IMG/VR virus record: IMGVR_UViG_3300028833_000087
Span: 1-64,000 of that record
Direction: 5' to 3' (one strand)
DNA from: a virus
Taxonomy: Duplodnaviria > Caudoviricetes
Length of the DNA stretch: 64,000 nt
Part shown: positions 58,976-64,000 of the stretch, in pieces
How the letters are laid out: the number at the start of each line of letters is the position of its first letter
How positions within the stretch are numbered: the stretch's first letter is position 1
Translations under genes and position numbers: made by a program
Notes under the pieces: generated by a model
What the model saw: only the letters and a program-made list of their open reading frames with translations
Told to the model about the DNA's origin: nothing
Databases searched by the model: none

Positions 58976-59527
58976 ATGACTTTAAAATTTACAATAACAG
59001 TATTTGGAATATCTTTATTTTTAGGAATTGTTATATATTCTATAAGAGTATTACTAAATGTATATAAAGTGTACTCTAAACCAAAATATGAATCTTCTAA
59101 AAAATATTTTAGGGAATTATTATTACTTTTGCAAGATGAAGCTTTAAAATTAAGAGATAATACTGATCAAAATACATTACTTATAGAATTTGATGGTACT
59201 AAAGATATTATATTTTATTTATATAATAAAAGACCTAAAATAGATATAGATGGCGAAATATTCGTTTATATAGGCATAATGCCTTTTGGTAGAGTAATAA
59301 GCTATAGAGATTTAGATCCTATTTATATATTTGATACAGCAACTGGTAAAGAATATTGCAAATATAATAGATCTGTTTATAAAAGAATAGATAAAATGCG
59401 CAAAGTATTATCATCAGATGATCCAAATGTAAATGTGAATGTAACTTGGACAACAGAAGATAAAAAAGTTCAAGATATAAAAAGAGATTTTGTATTGGAT
59501 AATTTAGAAAGGGGAAGATTACCATGA
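58976..59527 (+). CDS. single-TM membrane protein
   Basis: N-terminal hydrophobic helix; AAGGAG RBS. Confidence 0.75.
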   Translation: MTLKFTITVFGISLFLGIVIYSIRVLLNVYKVYSKPKYESSKKYFRELLLLLQDEALKLRDNTDQNTLLIEFDGTKDIIFYLYNKRPKIDIDGEIFVYIGIMPFGRVISYRDLDPIYIFDTATGKEYCKYNRSVYKRIDKMRKVLSSDDPNVNVNVTWTTEDKKVQDIKRDFVLDNLERGRLP

Positions 59528-60063
59528 ATGGTATTGATAAAAGCGTTTTATCTGTATTGATAAATATGAAATCTATAGGTATAGTCTATGATGAAAAGAA
59601 GGTGGAACCTATGGTTATTAAACCCATGGAAAATTATTTAGAGATTACTTTAGATAGAAGAGAAAGAAAACTGTTTAGTTCAGATTGTATGAGTAGTTAT
59701 ATATGTGATATAGCTATAAAGAATACTATATGTAATCAGGAAATCCATATGAAAACTGATGAGATTATGATGTCTGTATTTATAGATACAATGTATTATG
59801 CAGAGAATAATCCATCTACAGGTTTATGTTTTAACGATATGAATATAGCAATAACTAACGATGGTAAAATAGTAACCATGAATATTCATACTTTATTTAA
59901 TAATAATCCTTTACAGCAGACAGTTACATTTACTACAGATTCATTTGAATATTTTATAGATTGTTGTTACTTTATGTTTCTTATAGATATAGATGATGGA
60001 GATATGACAAAATATTATAATCATTATTACCAAGAGATGATTGAATGTAATGGAGGATTATAA
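59524..60063 (+). CDS. hypothetical protein
   Basis: 179 aa, coupled to upstream gene. Confidence 0.75.
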   Translation: MNGIDKSVLSVLINMKSIGIVYDEKKVEPMVIKPMENYLEITLDRRERKLFSSDCMSSYICDIAIKNTICNQEIHMKTDEIMMSVFIDTMYYAENNPSTGLCFNDMNIAITNDGKIVTMNIHTLFNNNPLQQTVTFTTDSFEYFIDCCYFMFLIDIDDGDMTKYYNHYYQEMIECNGGL

Positions 60064-60482
60064 TGATAATAGGAGAATATAAAACAAAAGAAAATTATAC
60101 AGTATTAATATCTGCTGGATCATTATATCCTTTAATAAATATAAATATATTAGATTGCCTTGGACTTACTGTAACTTCTTTTATGATGTCTCAAGATATG
60201 ATAAAAGAATTTTTTAACGATGTAGATCATTGTATCAGCGAAGCAGACTCATTTATATTTAAAATACCATATAATGGTATAAGAGATATGATGATTAATC
60301 TTGTATATAATGATGAGGATAAAATTGTAATACGATTAGCTGATACAGATGGAATTTGTATAAATCCTATAATAATGATGAATACAGATACTGAGCATTT
60401 AAAATTATTCTCTGCTCAAATTGAAAACGATATACATGATAAATATAATTTTTATAATGATTATATACAATATATATGGTAA
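60063..60482 (+). CDS. hypothetical protein
   Basis: 139 aa, GGAGG RBS. Confidence 0.75.
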   Translation: MIIGEYKTKENYTVLISAGSLYPLININILDCLGLTVTSFMMSQDMIKEFFNDVDHCISEADSFIFKIPYNGIRDMMINLVYNDEDKIVIRLADTDGICINPIIMMNTDTEHLKLFSAQIENDIHDKYNFYNDYIQYIW

Positions 60483-60520
60483 TATAAAACTATTCAATTT
60501 ATTATAGGAGGTAATTTTAA

Positions 60521-60862
60521 ATGCATGACGGACTTTTAACAAAAGTACAAGAAGAAGGCGATCCGAATTTCGATCCGAGAATGCCGTATGTTAAGAAAGA
60601 TACTGTACAGCAGATGCAGAATCTTGCACAGCAATTTAAGTATTCATCATGTGATGAGATGTTTGGTATTTTGGATGTTTTAGAAGAAAATATTCAAGAT
60701 ATTAAAAAATACATGGAAGAATATCAGATCGCTGATGCCAATTTTGCTAATGGATCTATCGACAAAAAAGATTTATCTAAATCGAAAGAAAATGTCTTGG
60801 CAAATATTAGCAAAATGCAATATCTTGCACAGAAGCTTACAGGAATGAGCGCGTATCTGTAA
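60521..60862 (+). CDS. hypothetical helical protein
   Basis: 113 aa, AGGAGG RBS. Confidence 0.75.
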   Translation: MHDGLLTKVQEEGDPNFDPRMPYVKKDTVQQMQNLAQQFKYSSCDEMFGILDVLEENIQDIKKYMEEYQIADANFANGSIDKKDLSKSKENVLANISKMQYLAQKLTGMSAYL

Positions 60863-60869
60863 ACAATAA

Positions 60870-60893
60870 CCCCTGGTTCATATGAACCAGGGG
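60870..60893. terminator. bidirectional terminator
   Basis: CCCCTGGTTC-ATAT-GAACCAGGGG. Confidence 0.75.
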
Positions 60894-60903
60894 AATTTTA
60901 TTT

Positions 60904-63900
60904 TTAAACTTTTGAATCATCATAAGGTATTCCCATAATATCTTTTACAGATCTATCAAGTTCAATCATAAGCTTATTAATAGATCCAATCAAAGGAATA
61001 CTGGTAACAATACGCTTATCAATACTGGTATTACCTACGAATGCAGATACATGCTCATTAGGTCTGAAAGCAGTATAAGGTTCTTTACCCAAAGGAATCA
61101 AGTTTTTCTCAACACCTTTATTTGCAGCAAAATATACAATCTTATCACCGATACCTAATGTATCATAGTATTCTACATAATACTCTACAAGTATAGCATC
61201 TTGTGCTCGTTTCATTTTACCTGTAGGAGGTAACTTATAATGAGCAGGAAGCTCATTAGCATTAATACCATTATCTTTGTAGATTTTAGCTCTAGCCTTA
61301 ATAGGCTTCTCATACTCATTAACCATTTTAGCCATAGAAGGAGTCATCTCGTCTATGTCAATAGTTCTGAATATCTTAATGGCAGTAATAGTACCTGTTA
61401 CTTCAGATATAAGTTTCTTTTTACCTAACTCAGATACTTCATCTTTAGAAAGAGTTCTCATAAGAGAGTCAGCATCTTCATCTTTAAAAGGAACTTGCCA
61501 AGACATAAGAACATCGCCACATTCTACATGATTCCCTACTTTCAAATAGTTTACGATATTAACTTCTTTATCTAATACTGCTTTATATTGTAAGTCAATT
61601 CTTGTAGCCAAAGCCTTTGCCATTTCTTCTGTAATAACACCAGAGTCTTCAAAGTTCTCATCAGAGTTAATAATAGCTACTTTAGCTAATTTACCTACAT
61701 TGAAAGCAAGATTATCAGATTCACCCAAGCTATTAGAGAAACTAAGTTTATCATATGCTAATACTTGATTAGCTTTAAACTTCATTCCTACTTTTATTTT
61801 TTCATCAGCATCAAGTTTAAGAGGCACAAAATAACCACCATCAGAGTTATGCTGAATATTTTCTTGCAAATCAATATAATCTTTGGTACCATCTTTATAT
61901 TGTACAAGAATATACTTATTTTCAACATACTCTACAACTTCTCCATCTTGTTTAGACTTATAAGCAAATCTATTAGATGTCATATAAGGCATAGCTTCAT
62001 CTGTACCATTAGTAACCAATAAAGGATCTGATTCTTCCGTACGAACCTGATGTTTACATGTTTGAATGAATGTCATACCAACACGCATTGGCGAATCATG
62101 TGTAGATACAAAAGGAGTAATACCCTCAGTTACAGTAAGAGAATTAGTTGTATTCATCTTATCTGTAGAACCATCCGATGCTTTTACAAATCCTCTTTCA
62201 GGATCTACATTAGCATTCATAGTAAGCTGTCTAGTTACACCAGCATTACCAGCGAAACCTGTAGACATACCTAATACATTAAGCATAGTTTCATCATATC
62301 CACGCTTATCAAGTGAATAAGCTCTATCAGAATTCATACCGGAAGGCCCTTTAAAGGTAACTGCATTAGTAGCATCAATTTCATTTAAAGCATTAATACA
62401 AGAATCGGTAGCAGATACAGAATCAGTTAAGAATTTATCAATAACTGCAGTCTGCTTTATCGTAATACCAGGAGCATTTCTCTGATGTCTTATAGCATTA
62501 GCATAAGCTGCATAAGCATCAGCCATTACTTTATAGGTATAAGCAGCTACTAATTCATATCTTCTAAGTCTTCTAGAAGATGTATCTGTATGCTTGATAA
62601 ATTTATTATCACAAAGCAAACTATTAGCATATAACAATACAGAAACATAGTCTGTAGGCATCTTATACTTCTGAAGAATCTCTTCAGTAATAGGATCAAT
62701 AAGAAGATCTTTGAAGTTATCAAGACCATCAGCTTTCATTCTAGAAGCAAATTGATCCAAGAATTCCAAATATAAGTTTCTGGAATCTACTTCAGTAATA
62801 GAATGCGATTCTGTATCACATGCTTTAAGTCCATTAAGTAACAAACTAGCATCATAATCATTAGCATTGAATACTACAAATCCATCTTTAAATTTGATCC
62901 AATCGTAATTTAAATTAGCTCTATCTGCAGATGTTATTTTGTCTACTATCTGATATTCAATCTTACCTTTTTCAAGTGTACTTCTTAATCCTTCATGTAA
63001 TCCACAGATTACTATAGTAGGAATAAGACTACTCATTATAGAGCATCTAGAATAAGTACAAGACTTACTTGCTGATTGAGATCTTAATAAATCTAAGAAA
63101 TCTTTCCAATCATGCTTTTCTTCTAAGAGTACCAGTAAATAATGAATGAATGATTCTCTAGCATCATTAGCCATATAAATAATTCTATCTTCTTCTTTAT
63201 CATGAGCAAAAGGAATACCTTTAGTATCATCAATCTTATATTTAGCTCTAATATCATCTTGATTAAAATATAAAGTTAATGATTTGGATTCAATTCTATC
63301 ATAGACAGAACCAATATCAATATAATCTATAGGAAGATTATATTTATTAGATACTTTAATAGTATTACCAACCATAAACTTAATATTTCTACCCTGATAT
63401 TTATCAGCAGCTTTTAAGAATCTAGATACATTAGCCATAGATCTACCAGTCTGAATCTTATTAGCACCACGAGGTCTATTATAAACAAAGATTTTATTAT
63501 AATTAGATATAATCTGCGCAGCATTTACTTCAGTTTTCAATATAGGCATATTAAAGAACTGATTCTGTAAGCTATAATAGTTGCCTCTAAGAAGGAATCT
63601 ATTATCTACCATAATAGGAATATCTAATTTAATAGTAAATCTTTTACCTCTAAAGTCTTCCATTTCTACAGTATAAGTTTCAATTCTATCTTCAGAATTA
63701 GTAGCATCTTCTACAGAAATATTTCTAATACCAATAGGAATTGATGTCTTAGTAAAATGCTTAAAAATATTAATAATATCTTTATCAATATTATAATGCT
63801 TATCAAATTCAGGATATTTCATATCTTTCCAAAGATCAGCATTAGGACCACTTACAGGAATATCAATAGTAGTAGCCTTTGTATCTACAGTTTCCTGCTT

Positions 63901-63999
63901 TAATATCTCATCTATAGTTTTACCTTTAATAGTTTTATTATTTAATTCTTCATCAAGTTTATTTAATCTTGTTGATCTACCAGCAGTCAAATCGATATT
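60904..63999 (-). CDS. second RNA polymerase beta-like subunit (probably virion RNAP), 5' end beyond window
   Basis: FLLRGN, FKGPSG, PFVSTHDSPMRVGM..Q.KHQ, NFEDS, GDKIVYFAANKGV; frame open to window edge. Confidence 0.85.
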   Translation of the reverse strand, partial: NIDLTAGRSTRLNKLDEELNNKTIKGKTIDEILKQETVDTKATTIDIPVSGPNADLWKDMKYPEFDKHYNIDKDIINIFKHFTKTSIPIGIRNISVEDATNSEDRIETYTVEMEDFRGKRFTIKLDIPIMVDNRFLLRGNYYSLQNQFFNMPILKTEVNAAQIISNYNKIFVYNRPRGANKIQTGRSMANVSRFLKAADKYQGRNIKFMVGNTIKVSNKYNLPIDYIDIGSVYDRIESKSLTLYFNQDDIRAKYKIDDTKGIPFAHDKEEDRIIYMANDARESFIHYLLVLLEEKHDWKDFLDLLRSQSASKSCTYSRCSIMSSLIPTIVICGLHEGLRSTLEKGKIEYQIVDKITSADRANLNYDWIKFKDGFVVFNANDYDASLLLNGLKACDTESHSITEVDSRNLYLEFLDQFASRMKADGLDNFKDLLIDPITEEILQKYKMPTDYVSVLLYANSLLCDNKFIKHTDTSSRRLRRYELVAAYTYKVMADAYAAYANAIRHQRNAPGITIKQTAVIDKFLTDSVSATDSCINALNEIDATNAVTFKGPSGMNSDRAYSLDKRGYDETMLNVLGMSTGFAGNAGVTRQLTMNANVDPERGFVKASDGSTDKMNTTNSLTVTEGITPFVSTHDSPMRVGMTFIQTCKHQVRTEESDPLLVTNGTDEAMPYMTSNRFAYKSKQDGEVVEYVENKYILVQYKDGTKDYIDLQENIQHNSDGGYFVPLKLDADEKIKVGMKFKANQVLAYDKLSFSNSLGESDNLAFNVGKLAKVAIINSDENFEDSGVITEEMAKALATRIDLQYKAVLDKEVNIVNYLKVGNHVECGDVLMSWQVPFKDEDADSLMRTLSKDEVSELGKKKLISEVTGTITAIKIFRTIDIDEMTPSMAKMVNEYEKPIKARAKIYKDNGINANELPAHYKLPPTGKMKRAQDAILVEYYVEYYDTLGIGDKIVYFAANKGVEKNLIPLGKEPYTAFRPNEHVSAFVGNTSIDKRIVTSIPLIGSINKLMIELDRSVKDIMGIPYDDSKV

Positions 64000-64000
64000 A

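Noticed and set aside
1-64000. tRNAs, CRISPR arrays, stop-codon recoding
   Set aside because: No cloverleaf or repeat-spacer pattern seen by eye; genes are intact in the standard code, with TAG and TGA both used as true stops

Overview
AT-rich, densely coding segment of a phiKZ/AR9-like jumbo phage genome. The strong AAGGAGG ribosome-binding sites suggest a Firmicutes host (inference). It contains a replication/transcription block: RecD-like helicase, GyrB (split by two ORF-less group I introns), GyrA, RecA/UvsX, IF-1, two split beta-like RNA polymerase subunits, NAD-dependent ligase, SbcC, SbcD, the N-terminal half of a split family-B DNA polymerase (with an HNH-encoding group I intron), ThyA and DnaB. 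It also has probable virion genes and a second, 5'-truncated beta-like RNAP subunit. Two recurring upstream motifs (AATTATATA-H-TATA-N5-G and AC[AT]-N6-TAA) look like early and late phage promoters. The main unexplained signals are: (1) a short peptide motif, roughly L-E-x-P-[VIM]-x-hydrophobic, appended to the tails of unrelated DNA-acting enzymes, a candidate shared docking/compartment-targeting signal; (2) three ORF-less promoter-to-terminator units, two of which display C-rich/anti-Shine-Dalgarno loops; (3) a circularly permuted guanylate kinase; (4) two +1 frameshifted genes. All calls were made by eye from motifs, and no searches were run.
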